IMG/VR virus record: IMGVR_UViG_3300025389_001063
DNA length: 64,000 bases
Reading direction: 5' to 3' (one strand)
From: a virus
Lineage: Duplodnaviria; Caudoviricetes
Position 1 is the first letter of the stretch; each line of letters starts with the position of its first letter. The notes beneath the pieces are model-generated. The model was not told the origin of the DNA and ran no database searches. It saw only the letters and a list, made by a program, of their open reading frames with translations. Of this stretch, positions 9,985 to 20,055 are shown piece by piece. A program made the position numbers and the translations under genes.

Positions 9985-10102
9985 ATGCAATGCTCCTTCA
10001 AATTGCTTTGTAGGACTACATATCCAAACCAGGACATGCGTCCCACACAATTATTTAAGTCCTACAAGAAAATCATAAGTGGATATATTAACTTTTGAAG
10101 CG

Positions 10103-10109
10103 ATAAATA
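10103..10109 (+). promoter_or_regulatory. T4-late-like promoter
   Basis: ATAAATA 21 nt upstream of ATG 10131; a divergent TAAATA (10052-10057) precedes phoH. Confidence 0.55.
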
Positions 10110-10130
10110 ACTAGTACAAGGGCCTATAAA

Positions 10131-10682
10131 ATGTTTGACGAAAAAGACATTATACGTAATATATCTACTATCTATGACAGCAATACTAGCCTTAAAGTTT
10201 TAAAAGATTTTGAGCGTGTTTTAGATGAATTGAACCTCTATGTTTTTAAAAACTGGGAAGATGGCGAACTTATAAGAGGTCCTAAGATCAGTCGTCACTG
10301 GGTTGAATGTTCTTTTATGTGGTTAGAAGACAATATGCCAGATCCTATGGGCGGTAAAAGATTATTAGATTATAACTGCAAAGTTGCATTTAAAAAAGAT
10401 ACTATAGAATCTCCACGCCTTATTAAAAAACCAAGCGATATACGTCCTAATAGTAAAAAAGGTAAATTAGAAGAACATCCAATTTGGATTGTTACTATTA
10501 AAATGCCAAAAACTTTAATGTTTGATATATTCAAAGGTTCAGTTCGTGGCCAAAAAGATAATAAAGTAGACTTAGAAAGTTTTTATCAAGATATAGATAC
10601 TGAACAAAATATGGGCGAAGAATCAGTTGAGATGCCACAAAATGAACAACCCATGGCCGGAGATATAAATGCAACTCAATGA
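10131..10682 (+). CDS. Hypothetical protein
   Basis: 183-aa ORF after a late-type promoter. Confidence 0.6.
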   Translation: MFDEKDIIRNISTIYDSNTSLKVLKDFERVLDELNLYVFKNWEDGELIRGPKISRHWVECSFMWLEDNMPDPMGGKRLLDYNCKVAFKKDTIESPRLIKKPSDIRPNSKKGKLEEHPIWIVTIKMPKTLMFDIFKGSVRGQKDNKVDLESFYQDIDTEQNMGEESVEMPQNEQPMAGDINATQ

Positions 10683-11394
10683 AGGCCTTAAATCAAAAGA
10701 TCTTAGCGATCTTGTAAAATCTGTATTCGAAGTAGATGCTTACAAGAGCAAAATGGGCGACGACGAAAATGTTGTTGTATTATCATTCGAAGTTACCGGA
10801 CATCAAGCAGCATTAGACTTAGTTGACTTTATCGAAAAAGGTTATGATTATGTTTTAGATGCTGATACTAGCAGTGGCGAAGATGATAACGGAAACTATA
10901 AAGTATTTGTTGAGATTGAAAGAGGACGTAAGATAGGTCAACAAATTCACGAAATTATGTATGGCTTAAATGAACTAACTGGTTGTTCTGATTGGAAATT
11001 TCGTTATTATAAAGATTATCATAGTCGACCATTAAATGAAATCGGAAGTATACCTAGTAGTGCTGAAGATTATCAAAAGAAGATGGAAGGTATATTTGAA
11101 AACGAGATGCGTTTCTTTTTTCGTAAAACTCCTCTCGATTACTTACTTGCTGAAAACAATATATTAACTTTCAAAAGACCGTTTACTAGTCCTATTAAAT
11201 TTAAATTAATTGAACACGGAACTAGAACTAATGTTATAAACAAACTTGCAGGGACTATACGTGTTGACGAAAGTTCTGTTAGTGAAACAATGTGGTTGAC
11301 AAAATATTTTGGTAACTATAATATTACAAAATACGGGAACCATTTTGTTTTTGAAAACGAAAATGTCGTTTTTGTTTTAGATCTCATAAAATAG
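10669..11394 (+). CDS. Hypothetical protein (N-terminus MQLNE|G resembles a prohead-protease site)
   Basis: 241-aa ORF overlapping the upstream stop, with GGAG SD. Confidence 0.6.
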   Translation: MQLNEGLKSKDLSDLVKSVFEVDAYKSKMGDDENVVVLSFEVTGHQAALDLVDFIEKGYDYVLDADTSSGEDDNGNYKVFVEIERGRKIGQQIHEIMYGLNELTGCSDWKFRYYKDYHSRPLNEIGSIPSSAEDYQKKMEGIFENEMRFFFRKTPLDYLLAENNILTFKRPFTSPIKFKLIEHGTRTNVINKLAGTIRVDESSVSETMWLTKYFGNYNITKYGNHFVFENENVVFVLDLIK

Positions 11395-11427
11395 TTCCCT
11401 TAACTATTTGGAGAGATAAGTATTGTC

Positions 11428-12312
11428 ATGAATTATTATGCTACATTAGGCGTAGAAAGAACTGCGTCACCCGAAGAAATTAAAGCAGCTTATCGTAAAT
11501 TAGCAATGAAACATCATCCTGATCGCGGCGGTGATGAAAAAATGTTTCAAGAAATTACACAAGCATATGAAATATTAAGCGACCCTTCTAAGAAATCTCA
11601 GTATGATATGGGTGGAATGAATAATAACCCCCAATGGCAACAATTTCATAGCGGACATCCATTTACTGGGGATCCTTTTGGAAATCCTTTTGGTGGTACA
11701 GGCGGTGGACATCCCTTTGAAGATATTTTTGCACAATTTGGATTTGGATTTCCGCATGGAAGACCTCAACCAAAAAATAATGATTTACAAATCAAAATAA
11801 AAGTTAGCCTTAGAGATAGTTTTCTTGGTAAATCTATGAATGTTAGTTACCCTTTACCTAGTGGTAAACAAGAGAATACAGAAATTAGAATCCCCCCTGG
11901 AGTAATTCCAGGTCAATCTATTAAATTAGGCGGACTTGGGGACGATAGTATACATGGTATTCCTAGAGGAGATCTTATTATTCATATCGAAGTCGATCGA
12001 GATAATAATTTTCATCGAGAAGATTTGTCATTAGTAACAAAAACAACTATCGATGTTTTTGATGCTATGCTAGGTTGCAAAAGAATAATAAAAAATATAG
12101 ACGATTCTGAAGTTGAAGTTACAATTAGACCAGGTACACAAAATGGTCAAAAATATTCTTGTAAAGGGCTGGGTTTTCCTAATATTAGATTTCCATCCGA
12201 TAGAGGAGATCTCGTCGTACAAGTTATAGTAACTACTCCAGTAATTACAGATACATCGTCAATAGAGAAAGTAAAAGAGATGGCAGAATATATCCGTAGA
12301 ACAAAAAAATAA
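11428..12312 (+). CDS. dnaJ: DnaJ/CbpA-type co-chaperone (J domain, G/F region, C-terminal domain; no zinc finger)
   Basis: NYYATLGV...KHHPDRGG (HPD motif), G/F-rich linker, GDLIIHI and GDLVVQV repeats. Confidence 0.9.
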   Translation: MNYYATLGVERTASPEEIKAAYRKLAMKHHPDRGGDEKMFQEITQAYEILSDPSKKSQYDMGGMNNNPQWQQFHSGHPFTGDPFGNPFGGTGGGHPFEDIFAQFGFGFPHGRPQPKNNDLQIKIKVSLRDSFLGKSMNVSYPLPSGKQENTEIRIPPGVIPGQSIKLGGLGDDSIHGIPRGDLIIHIEVDRDNNFHREDLSLVTKTTIDVFDAMLGCKRIIKNIDDSEVEVTIRPGTQNGQKYSCKGLGFPNIRFPSDRGDLVVQVIVTTPVITDTSSIEKVKEMAEYIRRTKK

Positions 12313-12315
12313 CTA

Positions 12316-12344
12316 TTGATAATGTTCAATATCTGCTTTATATT
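12316..12344 (+). promoter_or_regulatory. Sigma70-like promoter, leaderless arrangement
   Basis: TTGATA-N17-TATATT, then 6 nt to ATG 12351; no SD. Confidence 0.6.
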
Positions 12345-12350
12345 AATGAT

Positions 12351-12845
12351 ATGTTAGACCTTAAATACGAACCTTACCCACTGTTACATATGCCACTGGC
12401 AAAATATGAATTTGATCAAGACACAAAAGAACTTGAGAAATTAATGATCGAAACTATGAAAAAATATCGTGGTATCGGTCTTGCTGCTAGTCAAGTCGAT
12501 ATCCCATATCAAATGTTTGTAATGGGAACTGATTTAGTTGAAGGATTTATTGAACCAACAATATTCATTAATCCTTCTATTACTAAAGTTAGTGAAGAGA
12601 GAACTCTCGACAAAGAAGGATGTTTAAGTTTTCCAAATTTATGGCTAAAGGTTGAAAGACCTTCTTGGATTGAAGCAATATATCAAAGTGTCGACGGTAA
12701 ATGGAATGAGATTAGAGTTGAAGGATATATGGCTAAATGCTTTCAACATGAGTTTGATCATCTACACGGAGTATGCTATACTGATAGAGTAGGTAGATTG
12801 AAATTAGAAATGGCTATCAAAAAGATGCGAAAGGGTAAGAAATGA
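12351..12845 (+). CDS. def: Peptide deformylase
   Basis: GIGLAASQV, EGCLS and QHEFDHLHG: all three PDF motifs. Confidence 0.95.
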   Translation: MLDLKYEPYPLLHMPLAKYEFDQDTKELEKLMIETMKKYRGIGLAASQVDIPYQMFVMGTDLVEGFIEPTIFINPSITKVSEERTLDKEGCLSFPNLWLKVERPSWIEAIYQSVDGKWNEIRVEGYMAKCFQHEFDHLHGVCYTDRVGRLKLEMAIKKMRKGKK

Positions 12846-15109
12846 TTTTAGAGCCAAGTGAAGACTTACAAATTATCTATGATCGGGCAATAGAGATTGC
12901 TAATTCACACCAACATGAATATCTTACCTTAGAACATCTTGTTTTATCTATTGCTAGTGATGAAAAATTTGCTACATTCTTAAATTCATATTCAGGAGAT
13001 CTAGATTATGTTCGCGTAAATCTAGAACATTTCATTAAAACTAATCTTAATGACATTGTAAATGACAGTAAAAAAATTAATCCTCAAAAAACACAGACAG
13101 TTGATCGTTGTCTTAATAGAGCATTTACACAAGTATTATTTCAAGGTCGTCAAAAAATAGAAGTTAACGATCTATTTCTTAGTATTCTAAATGAAAGAAA
13201 AAGTTACTCAGTTTACTATCTTAATAAAGCAGGGTTTACTAAAGAAAAATTTAGTGATTATGTCGATGAAGAAACAATCCAAGTAGACGACGAAACAGTT
13301 AATCCAGGTCAAGTTGATAAACTATTATCACAATTTACAACTAATATGAATCAACAAGTTCAGAAAAATAAAATTGATCCTGTTATTGGCCGTGAAACCG
13401 AAATTGAAAGTATTATTCTTGCTCTTGGACGTCGTAATAAAGCAAACGTGATTCTAGTAGGTGATCCAGGTGTTGGTAAAACTGCTATTGCTGAAGGACT
13501 TGCCTTTGAAATTGTTAATGGTGATGTTCCAGAATTTATTCAAGATAATACGATTTATAATTTAGATATCGGTGCTATGATTGCTGGATCAAAGTATCGC
13601 GGTGAATTTGAAGAAAGGCTTAAAGCAGTTCTCAAAGCTATCGAAAAGAAAGGTAAGGCAATCATCTTTATCGACGAAGCTCATATGATGAGTGGTGCTG
13701 GATCAAGTAGTAGCAATCCAAATGATATGGCTAATATGTTAAAGCCTGCTCTAAGTAAAGGTGCTATTAAAGTTATTGCTTCCACAACTTGGGAAGAATA
13801 TCGTAAACACTTTGAAAAGGATCGTGCTTTAATGCGTCGATTCCAACGTGTAACTGTTGATGAACCAACAGCAGAAGTTGCTATAGATATTCTTAAAGGT
13901 ATTAAGAAGTATTACGAAAAGTTTCACAAGGCAGAAATTACAGATGCTGCTATCGAGGACGCTGTTAAATTATCAGTTAAGTACCTCACTGATAAGAAGT
14001 TACCGGATAAGGCAATTGATCTTATTGACCTTGCTTGTTCTAGATTTAAACTTGATGCTAGTAAAGCACGAGTTGTTACAAAGAAAAGTATTGAATTTGA
14101 ATTAAGTAAGATGGTTAAACTTCCTATCGAAGCAGTTGCTGAAACAGAAAGCGAAGGACTTGCTAATCTTGAAGAAAATATGAAGCATAAAGTCTTTGGA
14201 CAGGACAAAGCAATCGACGATGTTTTAGATAAAATCTTTATTGCTCGTGCTGGACTTAAAGATCCTACTAAACCAATTGGTAGTTTCTTGTTTGTTGGCC
14301 CAACTGGATGCGGTAAGACCGAGACAGCAAAGCAACTAGCAGATAATCTTGCTGTGAACTTAATTCGCTTTGATATGAGTGAATATCAAGAGAAACATAG
14401 TGTTGCTAAGTTGATCGGCTCGCCACCAGGTTATGTTGGCTACGAAGAAAACGCAGGTATGTTAATCACTAAGGTTCAAGAACATCCACATTGTGTTCTA
14501 CTTCTTGACGAGATTGAAAAGGCTCATCCAGATGTTAGTAATGTACTACTCCAGTTAATGGATAATGGTATGGTTACTGGATCAAATGGCAAGGTTGCTG
14601 ATTGCCGTAATGTTATCTTAATTATGACATCTAATCTTGGTGCCAAGGATAGTGAAAGACAAACTATTGGCTTCTCTACAGAAGAGCGATACAACGACGG
14701 CGAAGATGCGATGACAAACTTCTTTGCTCCAGAGTTTCGCAATAGATTAGACGGTGTTATTAAGTTTAACAAGTTGGGCAAAGAGAGTATGGAACATATT
14801 GTTAAGAAGTTCATTAAGGATCTTAACAACTTGCTTGCCGAGAAAAATGTAAAGGTAGAAGTTAACGATAATGGAATGGCTCTACTCGTTAAGAGAGGAT
14901 TCAATCCAAAGATGGGTGCTCGTCCGTTAGCAAGAATTATTGATACTGATATTAAGAAACCACTTAGTCGAGAAATGCTATTTGGTAAACTTAAGAACGG
15001 TGGCATAGTTGATGTTGACGCAGAAGGAAAAGATGTTATACTGAACTTCAGAGGATCTAATGAGAATACACAAGACGGACAAACTCTTTTACCGCTCTTT
15101 TCCATATAA
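12842..15109 (+). CDS. clpA: ClpA-like Clp protease ATP-binding subunit
   Basis: Clp N domain (HEYLTLEHL); two Walker A motifs (GDPGVGKT, GPTGCGKT); GSPPGYVGY; IGF ClpP-docking loop; no ClpB coiled coil. Confidence 0.9.
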   Translation: MILEPSEDLQIIYDRAIEIANSHQHEYLTLEHLVLSIASDEKFATFLNSYSGDLDYVRVNLEHFIKTNLNDIVNDSKKINPQKTQTVDRCLNRAFTQVLFQGRQKIEVNDLFLSILNERKSYSVYYLNKAGFTKEKFSDYVDEETIQVDDETVNPGQVDKLLSQFTTNMNQQVQKNKIDPVIGRETEIESIILALGRRNKANVILVGDPGVGKTAIAEGLAFEIVNGDVPEFIQDNTIYNLDIGAMIAGSKYRGEFEERLKAVLKAIEKKGKAIIFIDEAHMMSGAGSSSSNPNDMANMLKPALSKGAIKVIASTTWEEYRKHFEKDRALMRRFQRVTVDEPTAEVAIDILKGIKKYYEKFHKAEITDAAIEDAVKLSVKYLTDKKLPDKAIDLIDLACSRFKLDASKARVVTKKSIEFELSKMVKLPIEAVAETESEGLANLEENMKHKVFGQDKAIDDVLDKIFIARAGLKDPTKPIGSFLFVGPTGCGKTETAKQLADNLAVNLIRFDMSEYQEKHSVAKLIGSPPGYVGYEENAGMLITKVQEHPHCVLLLDEIEKAHPDVSNVLLQLMDNGMVTGSNGKVADCRNVILIMTSNLGAKDSERQTIGFSTEERYNDGEDAMTNFFAPEFRNRLDGVIKFNKLGKESMEHIVKKFIKDLNNLLAEKNVKVEVNDNGMALLVKRGFNPKMGARPLARIIDTDIKKPLSREMLFGKLKNGGIVDVDAEGKDVILNFRGSNENTQDGQTLLPLFSI

Positions 15110-15761
15110 AGCAACACTAGCAGGTGATTGGGCCTTTGCGGCCCGTTACTTTAAAAATAAAGATATCCCCCGAATCCAAAGTAAAGATCTTACTGATTGG
15201 GGGAGATCCAATCGTGCTGCTATGCGTTATCCAAATGAAGTTACTAAACTAATCCAACTCCTTTCTCAATATGACCGAGAACAATTGAGAATGAGACAAG
15301 AAGGATATATCCTTAATGTTTTTTTCAAGGATCGCAATATTCTTAATCAACTTCAAGCAGTTTCTAGTGATGAATTTGTTGTTGAATTTTGGGAACCAGA
15401 GAGTGACGACGCACTCAATTATTTGTTAACAAATCAAAGAATTGAAGTTAAGAAAGCACTTACACACGGTTGCCGTTATAAGGTTGTTCTAAAAGGAGAT
15501 GCTGCTAAAATTAGTAATCAATCTAGAATAAACTTTATAAATTTATGCGATAGAAATCCTATACAGTTTAGGTTAACAGAGTCTATGAAGATTGCTATTA
15601 GAAGTAAACCTAAATACTTCTGGGGTACTAGTTATTTCTATGTAAAAGAAGAGAAATTCTTGCTAATGGCACAAATGATTCTGCAACCCATTATCAAGGA
15701 AGTAGTAAAAATTGTAACTTATGATGAAGTCAAACAGGAAGAGGCACTAAATGGCAAGTAA
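15060..15761 (+). CDS. Hypothetical protein
   Basis: 233-aa ORF overlapping both neighbours. Confidence 0.55.
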   Translation: MRIHKTDKLFYRSFPYKATLAGDWAFAARYFKNKDIPRIQSKDLTDWGRSNRAAMRYPNEVTKLIQLLSQYDREQLRMRQEGYILNVFFKDRNILNQLQAVSSDEFVVEFWEPESDDALNYLLTNQRIEVKKALTHGCRYKVVLKGDAAKISNQSRINFINLCDRNPIQFRLTESMKIAIRSKPKYFWGTSYFYVKEEKFLLMAQMILQPIIKEVVKIVTYDEVKQEEALNGK

Positions 15762-16041
15762 CTTTATTGATCTGGCAAAAATACTCGCAGAGCGTAAACT
15801 TCTGCGTGAAGGCATAACAATATCTGCTAAAGTTCCAGTACGTGGCTTTGGTGGTGCTCCGATGACTGCTATCCGTAAAGGTATGATTACCAAAATAAAT
15901 GAAGATGGTTTTGATGCTTTGTATGAAGATCGCAAGAATAGATCCACTAAGTATGAAGATCTTACCGAAGTTGAAGGTATGGAACTTCCCCGTTACGCAC
16001 AAGCATACCGCGTTAAAGTAGTTCTTAAGAAGCCTAAATAA
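15751..16041 (+). CDS. Hypothetical protein
   Basis: 96 aa; GAGG SD upstream. Confidence 0.55.
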   Translation: MASNFIDLAKILAERKLLREGITISAKVPVRGFGGAPMTAIRKGMITKINEDGFDALYEDRKNRSTKYEDLTEVEGMELPRYAQAYRVKVVLKKPK

Positions 16042-16052
16042 GCACATAAGCG

Positions 16053-16089
16053 TCTTCCTGCTCTAAAGATAAATATTGGAGCAGGAAGA
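16053..16089 (+). promoter_or_regulatory. Late promoter inside an 11-bp hairpin that covers the RBS of gene 16095
   Basis: TCTTCCTGCTC(16053-63)/GAGCAGGAAGA(16079-89) perfect inverted repeat; ATAAATA at 16069-75 in the loop. Confidence 0.7.
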
Positions 16090-16094
16090 TTCTC

Positions 16095-16508
16095 ATGGCC
16101 GCAAATAGCACAGTAATAATACCATCAACAAGTCACAATTCCACAGACGCTAATCCTATTTCTCTTGTCGGCAGTAAGTATAAAGGTGCTGGCTTTTATG
16201 GGTTAGGCGACGGATTTCATACCGTTCAGATACAAACCACAACATTTTCAGGAACAATTCAAATACAGGGAACACTAGCATCTAATCCAACCGATGAAGA
16301 TTGGATTAATGTTAGGTTTGGTGCTGTTGGTGGATTCGCAGTTGATACTACAGGACTTATTACAACTGGTGAATATTTAGATTTTATTGGTTTAACTACT
16401 GCTTCAGTTAATACTGTTTATAATTTCACAGGTAATTTTGTATGGATTAGAGCCAATATTAGTAATTGGACTGCCGGTACTGTAAATCAAGTGTTACTTA
16501 ATTTTTAA
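16095..16508 (+). CDS. Putative virion structural protein (beta-sandwich)
   Basis: Late promoter; GNFVWIRA-type C-terminal strands; heads the fibre cluster. Confidence 0.5.
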   Translation: MAANSTVIIPSTSHNSTDANPISLVGSKYKGAGFYGLGDGFHTVQIQTTTFSGTIQIQGTLASNPTDEDWINVRFGAVGGFAVDTTGLITTGEYLDFIGLTTASVNTVYNFTGNFVWIRANISNWTAGTVNQVLLNF

Positions 16509-16519
16509 GGGTACTATAA

Positions 16520-18469
16520 ATGACACAACAAATTATTAATATAGGTAGCGGAGAATTAGCAGGTGACGGAGAAACACTTCGTTCGGCATTTTCAAAGATT
16601 AATGAAAACTTTAACGATCTCTATTCGAATGAATTTAATGTAATAGTAAGTGATATTACTCCTAATAATTCAAGTACAGGTGAATTGTGGTTTAGTAGTC
16701 TCGATGGTAGATTGTATGTTTATTACGACACTACTTGGGTTGATGCTAATCCATCATCAAATGTTACAAATAAATTAACTAGTCCAGACACTAGCAAAAT
16801 TGTAGTTTTAGATAATAGTGGTAATTTAACGTTGCCAAGTGGTGGTATTATTAAAAATCACGATGGTACACAATATGGCAGTAGTATTGATACTGGATCA
16901 TTCCATTTTGATGGAAACACTCTAAACAGTAGCGGCATTAGTATGCAGTTAGTACCAGACGACGAAGGTGCTACATATATTGTTATTCCATCAAACGCTT
17001 ATGGAGAATTACAGCCTCTTACTATTGCTAATGGCTTAGGAGAGGTTGATATTGTATCCGCAGGAGGACAGTGGACATTTGGACATGATGGTGTATTAGC
17101 ATTAGCAGGCGATTTAAACTTTATATACGGTGGTGCTATATTTGAAGGCGGACATGGTATAGCAGGTCGTAGTTGGAGAACAGGATTAAACATTGTAGGT
17201 AGTCAGACTACACCAACAGACCCAATACGCATTTATCCAGCAGGCGAAGACGGCAAAGGTTTTGGCATGGGCACAGTCAATGTTAAAAACGATTGTGTTG
17301 AGATTTATGGTAATAATCAAGGCGACGGCAATGGTGTTAAGTGGACATTTGCTCATGATGGTACATTAACATTACCATCTAACGGTAATTTGAATTTTGG
17401 ACAACCTTCTATAAGAGCACCTAATGTTTCATATAAAAACGAATTAATAACATTATATGATTTTCAAAATTTAGGACATGAAATAAATTACGGTATCGGA
17501 GTTGAGAATCACAATATATGGATGGCGGTTGATGCTTCAACAGCAGGATTTAAATGGTATGCTGGTGAAACTTCAATATTACAACTAAACGGTGACGGAA
17601 CTATTTCGTTCTTAAACAATACATTAAAGACACCTGTAAGTTCTGGGGCATATATTGATGGTATATCCTCAATATCTTTAGAAACACCATTTACTAATCC
17701 TTTAATATTTGCGGGACAACCTGCTACATGGGTTACTAATGGCTTAAAGATTGTAATATCTGGAGTTTCAATACCTAGTGAAGTAAATGGAACTTGGTAT
17801 ATTCAAAGTTATAATAGTTATGGATTTAGAATATTCCACGATGCGGCACTAACACAGCCAGTTGACGCAAGTAGTTGGTCAGGATATACTGGCGGTGGAC
17901 AAATTTTTTACGCCCCAACTTCATCAAACCTTAACGTAGATATAAATTCAAATGTTTGGACATTTGGCACAGACGGTACACTTAATCTTCCACTATTAGT
18001 AACTAGTAACGCAATTATTCAAACACCAGGCACTATAACTCTTAAAGCCATAAATGCTAATTTCAACTTTGGGTGGGATGGTAGTTTAACACTTCCTGGA
18101 TTAATTTTAGCCAAACAGGGATTACCAGGTACTAATGCTGGTTATAGTTTCGGCGGTACTGAAGGTGGTAGCGATACTGGTATGTTTAGTAACCAAGATG
18201 GACACTTAAAATTCTACACTAATAATAGATTAGTGTCTGAACTTACAGATAATGATACTCATTTATATGTTTACTCTGCTGATTATAATACTACTTACGA
18301 TTGGCATTTTGATAGAACAGGTGAATTAACCGTACCAACAGGTGGAACTATTTCATATTCACCAACAACTCCAAGTAATTGGAACGGTACCGCACCCACT
18401 ACAATACAAGAAGCATTAGATAGAATAGCCGCACTACTTAAAACACTAAATGGTGGTGTTGGTGCTTAA
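16520..18469 (+). CDS. Tail fibre / virion appendage protein
   Basis: N-terminal INIGSGELAGDGETLRSAFSKINENFNDLY anchor-like domain; repeated WTFGxDGxLTLP modules. Confidence 0.7.
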   Translation: MTQQIINIGSGELAGDGETLRSAFSKINENFNDLYSNEFNVIVSDITPNNSSTGELWFSSLDGRLYVYYDTTWVDANPSSNVTNKLTSPDTSKIVVLDNSGNLTLPSGGIIKNHDGTQYGSSIDTGSFHFDGNTLNSSGISMQLVPDDEGATYIVIPSNAYGELQPLTIANGLGEVDIVSAGGQWTFGHDGVLALAGDLNFIYGGAIFEGGHGIAGRSWRTGLNIVGSQTTPTDPIRIYPAGEDGKGFGMGTVNVKNDCVEIYGNNQGDGNGVKWTFAHDGTLTLPSNGNLNFGQPSIRAPNVSYKNELITLYDFQNLGHEINYGIGVENHNIWMAVDASTAGFKWYAGETSILQLNGDGTISFLNNTLKTPVSSGAYIDGISSISLETPFTNPLIFAGQPATWVTNGLKIVISGVSIPSEVNGTWYIQSYNSYGFRIFHDAALTQPVDASSWSGYTGGGQIFYAPTSSNLNVDINSNVWTFGTDGTLNLPLLVTSNAIIQTPGTITLKAINANFNFGWDGSLTLPGLILAKQGLPGTNAGYSFGGTEGGSDTGMFSNQDGHLKFYTNNRLVSELTDNDTHLYVYSADYNTTYDWHFDRTGELTVPTGGTISYSPTTPSNWNGTAPTTIQEALDRIAALLKTLNGGVGA

Positions 18470-18471
18470 CG

Positions 18472-18478
18472 ATAAATA
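18472..18478 (+). promoter_or_regulatory. T4-late-like promoter
   Basis: ATAAATA in the intergenic gap before gene 18502. Confidence 0.55.
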
Positions 18479-18501
18479 TCGAATAACAAGGACAACTAAA
18501 G

Positions 18502-20055
18502 ATGGCCATATTAAATTTTCCAAGTAATCCAAATGTAGGAGATCAGTATACTGGCGATAACGGTACTACATATATTTGGGATGGTGTTAAATGGGTAGGT
18601 CATGCTGCTGCTGGAACTGCTGGCACAAATAGCATTTATAGTGGATCAAATGTTTTACAAGTAGATTCAGGTGGTAATCTTATTGCTCCAGCATATACAT
18701 TTCCTAATACAACAGGTACAACTGGACAAGTATTATCTTGGCCCGGTAGCGGAACTACCCTAGTATGGACTACTCAAAGCGGAGGAAGTGGTGGACCAAC
18801 AGATAGATTAATCAGTCCAGATACTACAAAAACATTTATATTAGACAATACTGGCACATTAACATTACCAAGTGGCGGATCCCTAACAAATGACAACGGA
18901 CTATTAGGACCAGAAGGTGGTTATAGTTATATCAGTGATTACAATCAAAACAATTACTTCTATGTAGATGAAAATAGTTCTCAAATTGTTACACTTTATG
19001 GTCAATGGACATTTGATAACGATGGAAATATAACATTACCACTAGTAACAAAAATGAATTCAGGTGGTATTAATACTACCAATTCTGTAGAATTTGGTAC
19101 AGAAGTAGCAACTGATCCTTATCCACCGTTTGGTATTGCTAATATCACTAACAGTGAAATTTATATGAGTGGTGGTTCAGCAGAAAGTCGCATCATCACA
19201 AATGCTAGTACAGGCAGTTTAATTTATACAGGTGTTGAGAATGTTGAATTACCAGGATTTGCTGGTATGGTTGCTATTGATCCAAATGTCGATAGCCAAT
19301 ACAGCATCGATATAGATAGTAATGGAAATATATTATTAGGTGCTGTTCAAGAATATGGTACATTAACATCAACAGATGGATATACAGCAGGATTAGGTGT
19401 TCTTAATTATAATTATACAATAAATGGTATATTGGCTAATCAAAGTATAACAGCATTAACTGGATCAATAGGTATTTCAATGAAGACTGATCGTGGGCAG
19501 ATATGGTTTGGTAATCAACCAGAACCAGGCGGACCTACACACTTCCACATAATGAAAGGTTCGCTTAGTTATGGAAATATGGATCTTATCTTCGGAGACG
19601 ACTTTAACTTCATCAAATTACCTTATTCAGAAGACAATGTAACAATTACAGCAACAACTTCTGGTATTCAAGCAACATGGCAATTTAGTGGGGACGAAGG
19701 TACTTTAACTTTACCAAATGGTTCAGAAATTTATGCGCTCTCTCCTACTAACACCGTTATTGCTGGTCCACAGAATTTCTCAATTTATACAACAGAATCT
19801 CCAGGATGGACTTTCCAAACTGATGATGGTTTACGTTTTCCAGATAATACTGTACAGACTACTGCTTGGGATTATCGTAATTTAGAAAATATTGATATGG
19901 ATGGCGGAGCAGCCAGCACAGTATACAGCGTGAATGTTAGATTTGCTGAAGGTGGTGCGGCTGGTACGAGATTTAGCAACACAGATCCTAACTACAATGG
20001 TGCTAGCGCATACGGTGCTGAACCAGAATTTACTTTAGACGGCGGAAGAGCATAA
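18502..20055 (+). CDS. Tail fibre-like protein
   Basis: FPSNPNVGDQY...YIWDGVKW N-terminus; WTF.DG.LTLP modules shared with neighbours. Confidence 0.65.
   Translation: MAILNFPSNPNVGDQYTGDNGTTYIWDGVKWVGHAAAGTAGTNSIYSGSNVLQVDSGGNLIAPAYTFPNTTGTTGQVLSWPGSGTTLVWTTQSGGSGGPTDRLISPDTTKTFILDNTGTLTLPSGGSLTNDNGLLGPEGGYSYISDYNQNNYFYVDENSSQIVTLYGQWTFDNDGNITLPLVTKMNSGGINTTNSVEFGTEVATDPYPPFGIANITNSEIYMSGGSAESRIITNASTGSLIYTGVENVELPGFAGMVAIDPNVDSQYSIDIDSNGNILLGAVQEYGTLTSTDGYTAGLGVLNYNYTINGILANQSITALTGSIGISMKTDRGQIWFGNQPEPGGPTHFHIMKGSLSYGNMDLIFGDDFNFIKLPYSEDNVTITATTSGIQATWQFSGDEGTLTLPNGSEIYALSPTNTVIAGPQNFSIYTTESPGWTFQTDDGLRFPDNTVQTTAWDYRNLENIDMDGGAASTVYSVNVRFAEGGAAGTRFSNTDPNYNGASAYGAEPEFTLDGGRA

Noticed and set aside
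14524-15117. Long antisense and alternative-frame ORFs (e.g. 14524-15117, 39006-39494, 55782-56369, 6974-7306, 52333-52746)
   Set aside because: They lie entirely within well-supported genes, lack SD or promoter support and show no recognisable motifs.
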